Position numbers and translations under genes: made by a program. From Thecamonas trahens ATCC 50062 (Eukaryota; Protista; Apusomonadida): a stretch of 64,000 bases of DNA. The stretch covers positions 1 to 64,000 of the forward strand of contig NW_013657634.1 of the NCBI RefSeq assembly GCF_000142905.1, written 5' to 3'. Positions 24,162 through 35,024 of this stretch are shown one piece after another (positions within the stretch are counted from its first letter, which is position 1; the number at the start of each line of letters is the position of its first letter). The notes below the pieces were generated by a model. It saw nothing but the letters and a program-made list of their open reading frames with translations. It had not been told where the DNA came from and did no database searches.

Positions 24162-25874
24162 ATGGCAGCGGTGGGCAGTGGTGGCGACGGCGAGCCGGTG
24201 CTGGCGGTGCTGGCGGGCGGGGCGGTGGTCCGGGTGGCTGCCGACGGCGACGGGCTGGCCGCCGACGTGTACGTCGTGCTACGGGACGAGGCTGCAGCGG
24301 CGGCTGGGGCGGAACTGGGCGGAGGCGTGGAACTGGTTGCCCATCCGCAGCTGGGGCATGTAGCTGCACTGCGGCTGCCGGGCCTGCGGGTGGTGGGCGT
24401 GGCGGGTGTGCCAGGCGTACCGGCGGCGCGAGTGACGACCGAGGCCGCCGACGGCGAGCTGGGCGAGGCGATCATCGCACGGCGCCGCGGGCGGTGGACG
24501 GTGGCCCGGACACATGCCAGCGGTGGCAGGGGGAGTAGACGAGCTCGAGTTGGGCGGCGGAGCGATGTTGCACTCGGAGACGGCGTCCGGCTGGCTGTTG
24601 CTAGTGGCGAGGTGCTTGTGATGCGCGGGGCAGTGCCGGTAGCAGCGTGTCCGGTCGGCGAGGGCGAGGTGCGGCTGGCGGCAGCGATACCGGTGACCGG
24701 TGGTCGGTATGTAGTCGGGGCGGTAGTGGGTGGTGTGCGGATGGTTGTGGTTGTCTCACCGCCAGCCCGTGGCCGGGCCTGCGCACCGTGGGCAGTGTCG
24801 GCGGTGCCGGTCCACGGTGATCGCGGCCGCGCCGGCGGCATCCCGCTTGCTGGCGGCTTTACCGCTCCGCACCAGCTGCTATTTGTTGATGCTGCGCTGG
24901 AGCAGGTGGTGCTTGTGAAGCCAGAAGCGGTTGCAGAGGCGGCAGCGGTCCCGGAAGCGCCAGTTGCGACTGGCGGACCGGCGACGCCGCTGATGGCGCC
25001 GCTGGCCGCTGCGCTGGCAGGGCGAGCGCAGACGAACGCGTGTATGCTAGCCAGCGAGGATGCCGCGCTGATAGCTGAGACTGCCATGGCTCGGCTCGTG
25101 GCGGATCAGCTGGCACAGCGGGAGCCGTCGCGGGCGGCGGCGGACGAGCTGCTCGGTGGCCTTGTCCCGCTCGTCGGCACGCCGCCAAACAATGGCCGGC
25201 TCACCACGCCCGCCAAGTCAGCTGCAGCTCCAGCCGCGAGTCTGGTCAAGCTGCACAGTGTTGAGGCTGTGGCCGGCTCGGGCGTGGCGCTTGTGATCTA
25301 CCACCCCGAGCCACTGGGCCCCGGGCTGATGATGGTCTCGGGCGCCCAGGCGAGCCAGCCGATGACAACGGTGACGCGGGCGTCTCCTGAAAGCGCCCTG
25401 GTAGTGGTCTGGCTGGACATTGACGAGGCGGTGCTGTACACGGGTGCGCCATGGGTGATGTACACCGAAGCCTCACTCCCGCGGGCGGTGCTGACTCTCG
25501 AGCGCAACGCGCTTGCGGCGGCGACGACGTCGCAGCCATCGCTCGCGGCAGCCCAAGCGCTCTTTTTCCATCCCAAGACGGCCACGCTCGAGCTTTGCAT
25601 AGTTGGCGACGGCGTGATCGAGGCTCTTGCAGCCTGCGGGCTATCCGCGCTCCCGCCACCGCTCATCCCGTTGTCGCTTAGCGCCCCAGACGCGGTCTGG
25701 CTGGCTGGCCCAGGGCTGGCGGCGCGTGTTGTCACCAGTCGACGGCAGCTTACGCTTGTGGGATGGACAAGTCCATCCGTGGCGCTTGCCGCGCAGACTG
25801 TGCTGCGCTGCGGGCTGTGCGTGCGGGCTGTGCGTGCGGGCGTGACAGGCGATGCTGGCAAAGGAGCCGCGTAA
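24162..25874 (+). CDS. hypothetical Ala/Val-rich protein
   Basis: 570-aa ATG ORF filling the gap between two genes; beta-rich N-terminal half; no family recognised. Confidence 0.55.
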   Translation: MAAVGSGGDGEPVLAVLAGGAVVRVAADGDGLAADVYVVLRDEAAAAAGAELGGGVELVAHPQLGHVAALRLPGLRVVGVAGVPGVPAARVTTEAADGELGEAIIARRRGRWTVARTHASGGRGSRRARVGRRSDVALGDGVRLAVASGEVLVMRGAVPVAACPVGEGEVRLAAAIPVTGGRYVVGAVVGGVRMVVVVSPPARGRACAPWAVSAVPVHGDRGRAGGIPLAGGFTAPHQLLFVDAALEQVVLVKPEAVAEAAAVPEAPVATGGPATPLMAPLAAALAGRAQTNACMLASEDAALIAETAMARLVADQLAQREPSRAAADELLGGLVPLVGTPPNNGRLTTPAKSAAAPAASLVKLHSVEAVAGSGVALVIYHPEPLGPGLMMVSGAQASQPMTTVTRASPESALVVVWLDIDEAVLYTGAPWVMYTEASLPRAVLTLERNALAAATTSQPSLAAAQALFFHPKTATLELCIVGDGVIEALAACGLSALPPPLIPLSLSAPDAVWLAGPGLAARVVTSRRQLTLVGWTSPSVALAAQTVLRCGLCVRAVRAGVTGDAGKGAA

Positions 25875-26021
25875 ACAGCATGGCATGGTGCGGGGGTTGC
25901 CTGTGCGGCCGCGCGTCGGCGGCGGCAGGTGCGGGGGGGGAGGGGGGGGGGGGGGGGGCGAGGTCGAGGTCGAGGCAGACTCGACTCACGCGTGGCGGCC
26001 AGAAACAGGCTGGGCGGTGAC

Positions 26022-26738
26022 ATGATGGCAACGACGGGTGCAGGCAACAAGAGCGCAGGCGGCAGGCCTGGTAGAGTGGCGGCGTGGGTGGTAGCGGTGG
26101 TGGTGGCGGTGGCGGTGGCATGTGCGGGGAGCGCGACTGGGCAGAGTCCGCCTGTGTGGCCGGGCACCTTTACCATTGCTTTCAACGAGACGGCGTCGAT
26201 TCCGCATATCATCTCGGGCCAGACGACAGGCGTCATGTACTACGATGCGGCGCACGGGCGGTCGCTGGTGACGCGGGTGAATGGCAAGTACGACCGGTAC
26301 TGCGGCTCGGTGGAGATTGCGCGGAACACGCCGTGCAACCACCTGGTGGTGCCGTCGGCGTCGGGCCAGCAGGTGCGGTACCTCGACTTTCCCGAGCGCA
26401 AGTACTGCTGCCAGTGCTGCACCCAGGCGCAGGGCTGCGGCGTGGTGAGCCCTGATTGGATGGCCAACGCCACGTTTGAGGGCGAGACCACGTACGGAGG
26501 CTACAACACATACGAGTGGAACGCCAAGGGTCTGCAGGCGAACCTCTACTACGAAACCGTCGATGGCTCCATCCCGGTCCGCCTCAACCAGGTTCCCGAC
26601 GATGTGCAAGACTTTGATCCCACCACTTGGTCCACTGCCCCGCTCGACGACTCGCTCTTTGACGTCCCGTCGTACTGCGGTGGCAAGTGCTACACCTCGG
26701 TCGTCTGTGACCTCCTTAACCACGCGCCGATCTTCTGA
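26022..26738 (+). CDS. secreted/lysosomal Cys-rich protein, possibly ependymin-related (LolA-like fold)
   Basis: Hydrophobic signal VAAWVVAVVVAVAVACAG; P.WP..F...F.E, G.MYYD, YDRYCG, CCQCC..GCG...PDW..NA.F.G, D.SLFDVPSYC. The family assignment is tentative. Confidence 0.7.
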   Translation: MMATTGAGNKSAGGRPGRVAAWVVAVVVAVAVACAGSATGQSPPVWPGTFTIAFNETASIPHIISGQTTGVMYYDAAHGRSLVTRVNGKYDRYCGSVEIARNTPCNHLVVPSASGQQVRYLDFPERKYCCQCCTQAQGCGVVSPDWMANATFEGETTYGGYNTYEWNAKGLQANLYYETVDGSIPVRLNQVPDDVQDFDPTTWSTAPLDDSLFDVPSYCGGKCYTSVVCDLLNHAPIF

Positions 26739-26805
26739 GGCTCTGCCCGAGTGTGATCGGCGGCTGACATGAGCATAAAGGCCAATTTTGTGATGTCTGC
26801 CCGTG

Positions 26806-27513
26806 TGAGGAGGAGGAACAGTTATGTTACGAGTGAATACGTACGATATGTTTGGACCGATATTGAGCGGAATACGAGAGCCAACGCGCTAGCGAATGCT
26901 GCTACTGGCTTGCGCGTGTAGCCTTTCACATGTGGTGAAGATGCCGAGCATGACTGGGCGTTCTACTGACCAGGGAGAGAACCAAACGCGATGTCCGAGA
27001 TCTCACGTGGATAAAGGCTTGAGTAAAAAAAACTACAAATATCACCCTCAAATGGCCGAAAATAATACTTTTACATAACTCAAATCAATTTTACATACAA
27101 AATATTGAGATTGCGTCGTGTTTTTAATATATTTATTTTTTTTATAGTATTAGATTTTGAGGAGGAGGAACAGTTATGTTACGAGTGAATACGTACGATA
27201 TGTTTGGACCGATATTGAGCGGAATACGAGAGCCAACGCGCTAGCGAATGCTGCTACTGGCTTGCGCGTGTAGCCTTTCACATCACATGTGGTGAAGATG
27301 CCGAGCATGACTGGGCGTTCTACTGACCAGGGAGAGAACCAAACGCGATGTCCGAGATCTCACGTGGATAAAGGCTTGAGTAAAAAAAACTACAAATATC
27401 ACCCTCAAATGGCCGAAAATAATACTTTTACATAACTCAAATCAATTTTACATACAAAATATTGAAATTGCGTTGTGTCTTTAATATATTTATTCTTTTA
27501 TAGTATTAGATTT
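26806..27513. repeat. direct tandem duplication, 2 x ~352 bp, AT-rich
   Basis: Copies start TGAGGAGGAGGAACAGTTATG at 26806 and 27158. They are near-identical apart from a 5-bp insertion (TCACA) and a few substitutions in the AT-rich tail. Confidence 0.95.
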
Positions 27514-27972
27514 ATATGTTTTTATAGTTGGAACTGAGTCGTACATGTCGGGACCTGAAATCACTGATTTGTCCGCACAGTACGTATGCGCGCCGGAACT
27601 TCCGGCGGTGCTTGAAGCACCGATGCGCATTCGACGGCCTTTGCCGGTCTGTCTCTGACAATTCTGCTGTAGCCACTACATGCACACCTAGTTCGGAGAC
27701 AATGTGCTGTGATCTGCGTGCTACAGATGCCGAAAACCATTCGTCTGCCTTGTTGCGCGCCACGGACGGCCGGGCCGCACGAGAGCGTTCTCAGGCTCTC
27801 GGCACCGCCATTGGATGGGCAGTGTGTGTGGTCCATCGCATGCAGCCTACACCCCGAGTCTCACTCTACACAAACACACACACGCACCACGTGGTGCATA
27901 CCGCGGCAGGTGACCTGGCCAGGCCGGCCGGCCTGCGGCCGGGTCAGCTACCGGTTGGCTGCTTCTGCCATT

Positions 27973-30900
27973 TTAAGCACGAACATTGTAGTTGCGGACA
28001 GACTTGCGCCGCTGAATAAGAGCCTCGCGCTTCTTGCGGAGCGAGCGGAGCTTGCGCTTGCGCGACGAAGCGGTACCGCGCTCACGGATACGCTCGCGCT
28101 CGCGCTCGCGTGACCGATCCCTAAGCGCCTCGGCCTCGCCCGTCACCGCGAGGCCGAGCTGCGAGCGGACACCCGCCATTTTGGCCGAGAGAACCGGGGA
28201 GGCCGGCGCGGCCGGCGCGGCCGGCCCGGTCTCGGCTCCGCGGTGCCGACCTCCGCGACTGCGAGGGAGCTCATCGTCGTCATCGAAGGAGTCGTGTGCC
28301 GCCCACGACCGCGACGCGAGCTCCGACTTGAGCGCTGCGTTCTGGGCCGAGAGCTGGGCCATTTCGCGCTCAATAGCCGCCAGCCGCGACGACGGGTCAG
28401 ACGATGGGGCCGGAGCCGGAGCAGGAGCCGGAGCCGGGGCTGGGGCCGGGGCCTGCGGCGCAGGCGCAGCATATGCCCGCTGAAGGTCCGACTTGAGCAG
28501 GTTCGAGAGATCAAGCAGCTTCTCGCGCTCACCCATCAGCCGCTTGATGTCGGCATGGGCCTCGTCGAGCTGGGCCTTGAGCTCAAAGACTGCCATGTTG
28601 ACGCCGCCGGCGCCCGGTGCGGTCGCGGTACCGTCCATCCGTGCCCGCAGCGCCGCAACCTGTGCCTGCAGCTCTGCGACAATGCCCGACGACGCAGCGT
28701 CGGCAACGGCAGCCTCACCGGCAGCAGCCAGCGGCGCCATGACATCGGTTGCCCGCGCCCGCGCCTCGGCAGCCTCGACCCGACGCGCAAGCTCGTACAC
28801 CTGTGCCTCGCGGTCGGCAAGCTGTGCCTGTGCCACCGCATGCGCTGACGCCAGCGAGTCAGCCTCCTGCCGCGACGCCGCCAGCGCATTCTCGAGCTCA
28901 TGCGCCCGTGCCACCTGACTCCGCGACTCAGCGAGGAGCTCGTACATCTCGGTCCGCTGCTTCTCGATGACTCCGTTGAGATCTGCGAGCTGCGAGCGAA
29001 GGAGCGAGACCTGGGCGCCCTCAGCAGCGGCCGCCGCGCCAGCACCAGCAGCTGCTGCCGCCTCCAGTGCCGCATTCTTAGCCTCGAGTGCCGCAAGCGA
29101 GGCGCGGAGCTCGCGGACGGTCGATGACTCGCCTGCCGCCGCTGACGCCGCCGCCGACGCCGAAAGCTCCTCCATGTCGGCGCGCATCGTACGCACCACC
29201 TCGCGGATCTTTGCGTTCTGACTCTCCAGCTCGGCAATTCGCGCCTTGGCCGCCCGCGCCTCGGCATGGGCCTCGGCCAGCTCCTCAGCATCGACCGCAG
29301 CAGTTCCAGGCTTGGTCGCCGACAGAGCCGGAGACGCAGCCGCGCGCTCGGCGGCAGCGCTCACCCGCGCCTTGGCCCGAGTCACCTCGCCCTGCAGGAT
29401 CTCGCGCTCGGCTGCAACCGAGTCAAGCTGCAGCCGCAGCGCGTCGGCGGCACGCTCGCCGTCGGCGCGGATCTTCTGCGCGTCGAGCACCGCGGCGTCG
29501 CGCTCATCCTCGGCAGTGTCTGCCCGCGAGAGCGCGTCATCACGCTGCAGCTGCAGCGTCCGCACAATCTTCTCATGCCGGAACTGCAGCTGCGCCGCAA
29601 GCTTCTCCGTCCGATCGCGGGCTTCGTCCTCGGCCGCCGCCGCCGCTGCCACCAGCTCGGCTTCGCGCGCCTTGCCAGCCTCGATCTCCTTTTCAAGTGC
29701 CTGGACTTCGCGGCGACGATCACCGGCCGCGGTTTCAGCCGCCGCCAGCGCACCACGAAGCTCCTTGAGCTCGGTCTCACGTGCAGAGAGCTGCGCCTGC
29801 GCTCGCTCTAGCGCCGCTGCTGCCGCCGCCTCCGCCGCCCGCGCCTCCTGCCGCTGGCTCTCGAGCTCAAACTTGGCATCCTTCAGCTTGTCGGCCGCCT
29901 CCCACGCCGCCACTTGCGCCGCATTTTGCAGCGCTCGGATGGCCTCGTCCTTCTCAGCCACCGTCGCCGCAGCCTCCATCCCGGCCTCGGCCGCAGCCTC
30001 GCGGACGCTGGCGAGCTCGCCACGGAGCGAGGCCTCAGCACTCTGCAGCCGCTCGGCAGCCTCGGCTCGGACCGTCGCCAGCTCTTCGGCGGCTCGGGTG
30101 GTAAACGCATCGCGCTCGGCAATCCGTGCCTCCCGCTCGGCCGCCAGCTCGGCTGCAGCCGCCTCGGCAGCCGCCGCACTGGCCTCCTGCGCATGTGTCA
30201 GCTCTGCGCGAACATTGGCGAGGACCTCGTCGGCCACCGCCTTGGCTTCGTGCAGGGCGTCGAATGCAGCCTGCGCCTCAAGCTTGTGCGCCTCAAGCGC
30301 AGCCCGGGCGTCTGCTGCCTCGTCGCGCGCCACCGCCGCTGCCGCAGTCGCCGCATCAGCCGTTGCCCGCGCCTCGTCGCGTGCCTCGCGCAACGCCGCA
30401 GCCTCGCCTTCGGCAGCTTCCACTCGTCCGGCAGCAGCAGCCTCTGCAGCAGCGACCTTATCGGCCGCCGCCGCCTCGGCCCGGGCCACCTTGTCGGCCG
30501 CCTCGTCCCGGACCGCCGCCAACTCGGCGCTCGCACCGGCAGCAGCCTTATCGGCCGCCGTCGCTGCAGCCGTGCGAGCCTCAGCCAGCTCTGCCCGGGC
30601 TGCCCGCAGTGCGTCGTCCAGCGCCGCCCGCTGGCTTGCAGCCTCGCGCTCGGTGGCGTGGGCCTCGGCTTGAGCCTCGCGCAGCGCGTTGGCGCCCTCC
30701 CACTTGGCAGCCTCGAGCGCGAGCCGCAGCTCCGCCGCCACCGCCGCTGCCTCGTTAGCCTCAGCAGCAGCAGCAGCCTTGGCGCTCGCCAGCTCGCCGG
30801 CCGCCGCATCGGCTGCCGCCTTGGCCTCGGCCAGTGCGGCGTCGCGGTCGGCAATGACTGCGCGGAGCTTAAGAAAGGCCTTGTCGTAGCGGGCCAGCTC

Positions 30901-31320
30901 GGCGTCACGGTCCTCCAGCAGCTTGAGGTTGTAGGCAAAATCGTCCTTGAGCTTGTCCAGCGCGCCCGCCGTCGCCTCCAGCTCCTCCGTCTTGCCGGCG
31001 AGAACCTCCTCTAGCGTGGCGATGCGGTAGGCATTGATCTCGCTCAGCTCGCGCTCCTTCTGCTCCACCAGACTGCCTAGGTTTGCCGACGAGAGCATGG
31101 CCAGCGACGTCGCGTCAGCTCCATTCCCGCTCCCGCCGCCCACCCGTAGCGTTGCCCGTAGCCCAGACCGGTCCATCTTCTCTGCGTCAGGTGTGCCTTT
31201 GTCCCTCCCCCCCCCCCCCTCGGCCACCGTTGCTGCTCTCGTCGCTTGCTCGCCGGCGCGCGCCAGCCAACGGCCAACGGACAAATCCCCGTCGATGCGC
31301 TCGTCACAACCGTCCCCCAA
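27973..31320 (-). CDS. CCDC57: CCDC57-like centriolar coiled-coil protein
   Basis: LKDDFAYNLKLLEDRDAELARYD, EREKLLDLSNLLKSDL and terminal VRNYN resemble conserved CCDC57 blocks; long coiled coil. The true start is probably a downstream ATG. Confidence 0.72.
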   Translation of the reverse strand: MGDGCDERIDGDLSVGRWLARAGEQATRAATVAEGGGGRDKGTPDAEKMDRSGLRATLRVGGGSGNGADATSLAMLSSANLGSLVEQKERELSEINAYRIATLEEVLAGKTEELEATAGALDKLKDDFAYNLKLLEDRDAELARYDKAFLKLRAVIADRDAALAEAKAAADAAAGELASAKAAAAAEANEAAAVAAELRLALEAAKWEGANALREAQAEAHATEREAASQRAALDDALRAARAELAEARTAAATAADKAAAGASAELAAVRDEAADKVARAEAAAADKVAAAEAAAAGRVEAAEGEAAALREARDEARATADAATAAAAVARDEAADARAALEAHKLEAQAAFDALHEAKAVADEVLANVRAELTHAQEASAAAAEAAAAELAAEREARIAERDAFTTRAAEELATVRAEAAERLQSAEASLRGELASVREAAAEAGMEAAATVAEKDEAIRALQNAAQVAAWEAADKLKDAKFELESQRQEARAAEAAAAAALERAQAQLSARETELKELRGALAAAETAAGDRRREVQALEKEIEAGKAREAELVAAAAAAEDEARDRTEKLAAQLQFRHEKIVRTLQLQRDDALSRADTAEDERDAAVLDAQKIRADGERAADALRLQLDSVAAEREILQGEVTRAKARVSAAAERAAASPALSATKPGTAAVDAEELAEAHAEARAAKARIAELESQNAKIREVVRTMRADMEELSASAAASAAAGESSTVRELRASLAALEAKNAALEAAAAAGAGAAAAAEGAQVSLLRSQLADLNGVIEKQRTEMYELLAESRSQVARAHELENALAASRQEADSLASAHAVAQAQLADREAQVYELARRVEAAEARARATDVMAPLAAAGEAAVADAASSGIVAELQAQVAALRARMDGTATAPGAGGVNMAVFELKAQLDEAHADIKRLMGEREKLLDLSNLLKSDLQRAYAAPAPQAPAPAPAPAPAPAPAPSSDPSSRLAAIEREMAQLSAQNAALKSELASRSWAAHDSFDDDDELPRSRGGRHRGAETGPAAPAAPASPVLSAKMAGVRSQLGLAVTGEAEALRDRSRERERERIRERGTASSRKRKLRSLRKKREALIQRRKSVRNYNVRA

Positions 31321-31728
31321 AAATTGACCTCATTCAGCCTGCCTCGATTGGCAACACAGCGTCGCCTGCCACAAACAGCCTGCGCAGTGCCAATTTGCTG
31401 TGCTTGTCATTAGCCCGCGCCGATTGCGTCCAGCATGCATCCAGCCCGTCGAGGAAGCGAGACCATGTCGCCAATGCTAGGGACTTGGCCTCCGGCAGCT
31501 AAGATTAAGCGCGCCACATGGATTGTCATTGACTCAAGCTCCCACTACGCCGCAATGCGCCGGTTTTTTAACAGCCTCTTTCGCGACCCTCTCAACGACG
31601 GCTGCCCCCGCAAGCCACCTTGGCCAGACACAGCCACACCCCCGCCCTCTCCCACTCTCTCTCACCCTCACCTCTCCCGCCGACACGCGCGCAGCCGCTC
31701 GCTCTTACCCAAACCTCTGGTGTCGACC

Positions 31729-33552
31729 ATGTCGTCTACCAAGAGCGGCAAGAAGGCCGAGAAGGAGTACGCGCGCCCCTCAGCCCCCTCTCCTTCCCCC
31801 CGCCTCCCTTCCTATCACTCCCCCCTCCCCCCTGCGCCCCTTCCTCGCTTCACCTCTTCCTCCACCACCCGGCCGCTCCCCGTCACCCTCCCCGGCCTCC
31901 CCTCCCCTCCCCTCCCCTCCCCTCCCCTTCCCCCCGCCTCCCTTCCTATCACCCCCCGTCCCCTCCCCCTCCCGTTCTCCCCCCACCGCCTTCCCGTGCC
32001 CCCGTCGTCACCAAAGGCGAACTTTTTAGCCACAACCTGGTCACCCCCACCCCCCTTCCCAGCCTCCCTTGCGGCTGCGACTCACGCCCATGCTGGTCGT
32101 CCCTACAGAAGCAAGTCGCGGACAAAGCTGAACAAGGCAGAGATGAACGAGAAGCAACGAGTTCGGTCGCAGAATCTGCGGAGGGAGATGAAGGAGCTGT
32201 TCACCTACCTCGGCCAACTGCTGGGGTGTGATCCCAAGGAAAAGGTGAAGAACATCGTCTCGCTCGCCATCCGCCGCCTTGAGGAGCAGGCTCTGCTCAT
32301 CTCCGAGCTTCAGGCCGCCGGCATGGTCGCTTCCGGTGGTACCGCTCAGTCGGCCTCTCCGCTCATGCGTGGGTCGTCCAATATCGTCGGCATGCACGCT
32401 GTGCCAGACATCCGTACCCAGCAGGCGCAGTTGTCGCCGTCGCAGGTGTCGCAGCCACAGGTACAGTCGCAGGCGCAGTCGCAAGCACAGGCTCAAGCGC
32501 AGCAGCAGATGGCCATGCGGGCACTCGCCGAGGCGAACCTGCAACAGGCCCACGCCCGCGCCATGCAGGCCCAGGCTCAGGTCCAGGCCCAGGCGCGGCT
32601 GGCTGCACAGGCGCAGGCAGCCGCCAACGCCGCCGCTGAGCAGCTTCGTGCCGCCGAGTCGGCCCGCGAGTCGGCCGGTCTGTTCCCACCAGACTTGACG
32701 TCATCGCTGACGCCCGCTATGGCCGACATGTCGATTGCCCGCAACAGCGGTAGCAACGGGCGCTCGATGTCGTCGGGTCCGCAGAGCTTGACATCATCCG
32801 AGTCGCTCATTCCAGGTCCGCGGCTGGCAAGCAGTTTGCAGAGCAACTCGGGCTCGATTGTGTGGGGTGAGGACGGCGGCACGGCTGCCTCCTCCGCCGC
32901 ACCGAGTATTGCCATTCCGAGCGGAGTGGCGGGCCAGTTTGGCATGGATGCGCTCGGAAACTCACTCTACGCCCCGATGAACATGGTAGGCGCGGGCATG
33001 CCCCGGTCCGGCCCGAGCTCTTTCATGGCCGCTACGACGAGCTACTTTGGCGGCCCGGTCCCAACCACGTCAGTGACACCGGCACCGTCGCTAGCAGCAC
33101 CGCCGTCCACCATCTCGCCGCAGGCGGTTGCCCCTGCCGGCGCTGTCTCGGGCACCAACTCGAACAGCCTCTCGCACCTGGGCATATCAACCGAGTTTAA
33201 CGACCTCATCAACTCGTACCTTGACCCGACAAGCAACTCGTTCGGTCTCAATCTCTCCGACCCAAGCCTGGCCCTGGGCGACGTCAACGACATGATCCTC
33301 GCCTCGCCAAGCGAAATTGTGCCGCCGACAGCTGCCCAGCAGCAAGCCAAGCGGAAGTTCCAGCTCTCGGCGTCGCAAGACACCAACTTGCCGATCATCA
33401 CGGACACCCTACCGCCAAAGCAGGCCCGTGTCCGGCCGACCAAGCGCCGCCGCCGCCGCCGTGAGACCACAGAGGGCGTCGCAACCTCCAACACCATGGC
33501 CTCCAACGCTGAAGAGTTGGACGAGTACGAGTCGAACACCCAGTCCGGGTAA
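31729..33552 (+). CDS. bHLH-like transcription factor with Gln/Ala- and Ser-rich tail (exons 31729-31766, 32109-33552)
   Basis: EKQRVRSQNLRREMKELFTYLGQLL..EKVKNIVSLAIRRLEEQ fits a basic helix-loop-helix pattern; NLS-like KRRRRRR. A C-rich phase-2 GTACGC..CAG intron (31767-32108) restores a sensible protein. Confidence 0.68.
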   Translation: MSSTKSGKKAEKEYARPSAPSPSPRLPSYHSPLPPAPLPRFTSSSTTRPLPVTLPGLPSPPLPSPPLPPASLPITPRPLPLPFSPHRLPVPPSSPKANFLATTWSPPPPFPASLAAATHAHAGRPYRSKSRTKLNKAEMNEKQRVRSQNLRREMKELFTYLGQLLGCDPKEKVKNIVSLAIRRLEEQALLISELQAAGMVASGGTAQSASPLMRGSSNIVGMHAVPDIRTQQAQLSPSQVSQPQVQSQAQSQAQAQAQQQMAMRALAEANLQQAHARAMQAQAQVQAQARLAAQAQAAANAAAEQLRAAESARESAGLFPPDLTSSLTPAMADMSIARNSGSNGRSMSSGPQSLTSSESLIPGPRLASSLQSNSGSIVWGEDGGTAASSAAPSIAIPSGVAGQFGMDALGNSLYAPMNMVGAGMPRSGPSSFMAATTSYFGGPVPTTSVTPAPSLAAPPSTISPQAVAPAGAVSGTNSNSLSHLGISTEFNDLINSYLDPTSNSFGLNLSDPSLALGDVNDMILASPSEIVPPTAAQQQAKRKFQLSASQDTNLPIITDTLPPKQARVRPTKRRRRRRETTEGVATSNTMASNAEELDEYESNTQSG

Positions 33553-33579
33553 GCTTCCACTACCTGGGCAGGTCTGCTC

Positions 33580-34227
33580 TCACGACGACGTTGTACCGCG
33601 CTGGTGTGGCACAACATCGCGCAAGTCATCGGGAATAGGATGCCCGTTGTCTAGCAGCCATGCCTTGTACGCCCCGTTGACATATCGCCGTTGGAACTCG
33701 TGGTCTGCTAACGCACGCGCAGGCAACGACGATGGAACTGTGTTGTCGCTGCGCACCAGCTCCGATCGTGGCTGCGGAACCGCAGTATACCGCTGCTGCC
33801 GCTCGGCCGCATGCCGCGCCGCGTGGCTCTTGGCCAGATGCCGGTGCATCAGCCGCTCCCACTGCTCCGGCGGCGCAGTCCAGTCGCGCCCGTATGCCGT
33901 AGCCCGCGAGACCGGCGGTGGTGGCGCAGAATCGCCGGCGATCGGCACCACATACCGCATCGACCACGAACTAAAGTCTGCGTCGCGATCCCGGAGCATG
34001 GCCGATGGCGGGTTGCACAGCTCAGAGACCTTGCCCAGCCCCCGCCGCAGCAGGCCCGTCCGCAGCAGCCCCTTCGACTCGAGCACCAACCGCTCCAGCC
34101 GCTGCTCTTTGGCCACAAGCTCCAGCCGCGAGTACGTGGCGTCAAAGAGCGGGTCGACAACACCCTCGCCCTCGCCCTCGCCGCCGCGCACCCCGGTCCC
34201 GGCAACCAGCGATCCTGCAGAGCCCAA
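33580..34227 (-). CDS. hypothetical protein (5' end unresolved)
   Basis: ORF with protein-like composition and a non-ATG start; no motif. Confidence 0.35.
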   Translation of the reverse strand: MGSAGSLVAGTGVRGGEGEGEGVVDPLFDATYSRLELVAKEQRLERLVLESKGLLRTGLLRRGLGKVSELCNPPSAMLRDRDADFSSWSMRYVVPIAGDSAPPPPVSRATAYGRDWTAPPEQWERLMHRHLAKSHAARHAAERQQRYTAVPQPRSELVRSDNTVPSSLPARALADHEFQRRYVNGAYKAWLLDNGHPIPDDLRDVVPHQRGTTSS

Positions 34228-35024
34228 CGACGGCTCGTCCAGCAGACCCGCGCTCGCAGCTGTGCCACAAACGCAGATTCGCGCACTTTGCCCCTCCCCT
34301 CCTCCTCATCGCTGCTCAGCGAGTTGCTGCTCTGCCGCCTCGCCCGCCCCGCCGTTACCGACCGCCGCCGCCCGCCCCTGCCTCCTCGCCGCCCTCCTCC
34401 CCGGACTCTTGCGCTCATTCCGCCCGACCTACACGTAGCCGTGCTCGAAAGAACAAGAGAGTGTTTGTGCGAGAGACCGAGGTCTGAGCGAGCGTGTAGT
34501 CTTTGCCTGTTCATCCCGTTACCCCCCCCCCCCCCCTTGGTACCCCCCCCCCTCACAGGCTATGCGTAGCGGCGCCGACCACAACAGATTCGAACACACA
34601 CCGTTGATCAGACCAGCGAAGCAGCCAACGGTCCCTCCTCCTCCCTCCCCCCCTCCCCTCCCCACCTCCCCAGCCCACCACCCCCAGACCCATCCCACCC
34701 CACCCCCTCAACACATGCACGGTCCTTCCCCTCCGTGGGCCACATCCAACGACCCACCACCCACCTGGCGCCCCTCCCTGCGCATACTCCCTCAGCCGCA
34801 GACGTCGACCACGTACGCACCCCCCCCTCCCCCTCCCCCTCCCCCTCCCCCTCTCCCCCCCCCCATAACACACCCCTCACCTCATCACCCCCCCATACAG
34901 CCACCACCACGTAGGAACGTTTGGGAAGAAGCAGTTTGCCGCCGGCACTGGGCACAAGGTCTCTGGCACGACCTTTCGTCGCGGACGGCGGGCCTTTCCG
35001 GCTCGGTCGGCGTCCAACCCCATT

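Noticed and set aside
31767-32108. Polyproline segment of ORF 31435..33552
   Set aside because: Better explained as an in-frame C-rich intron with good splice sites
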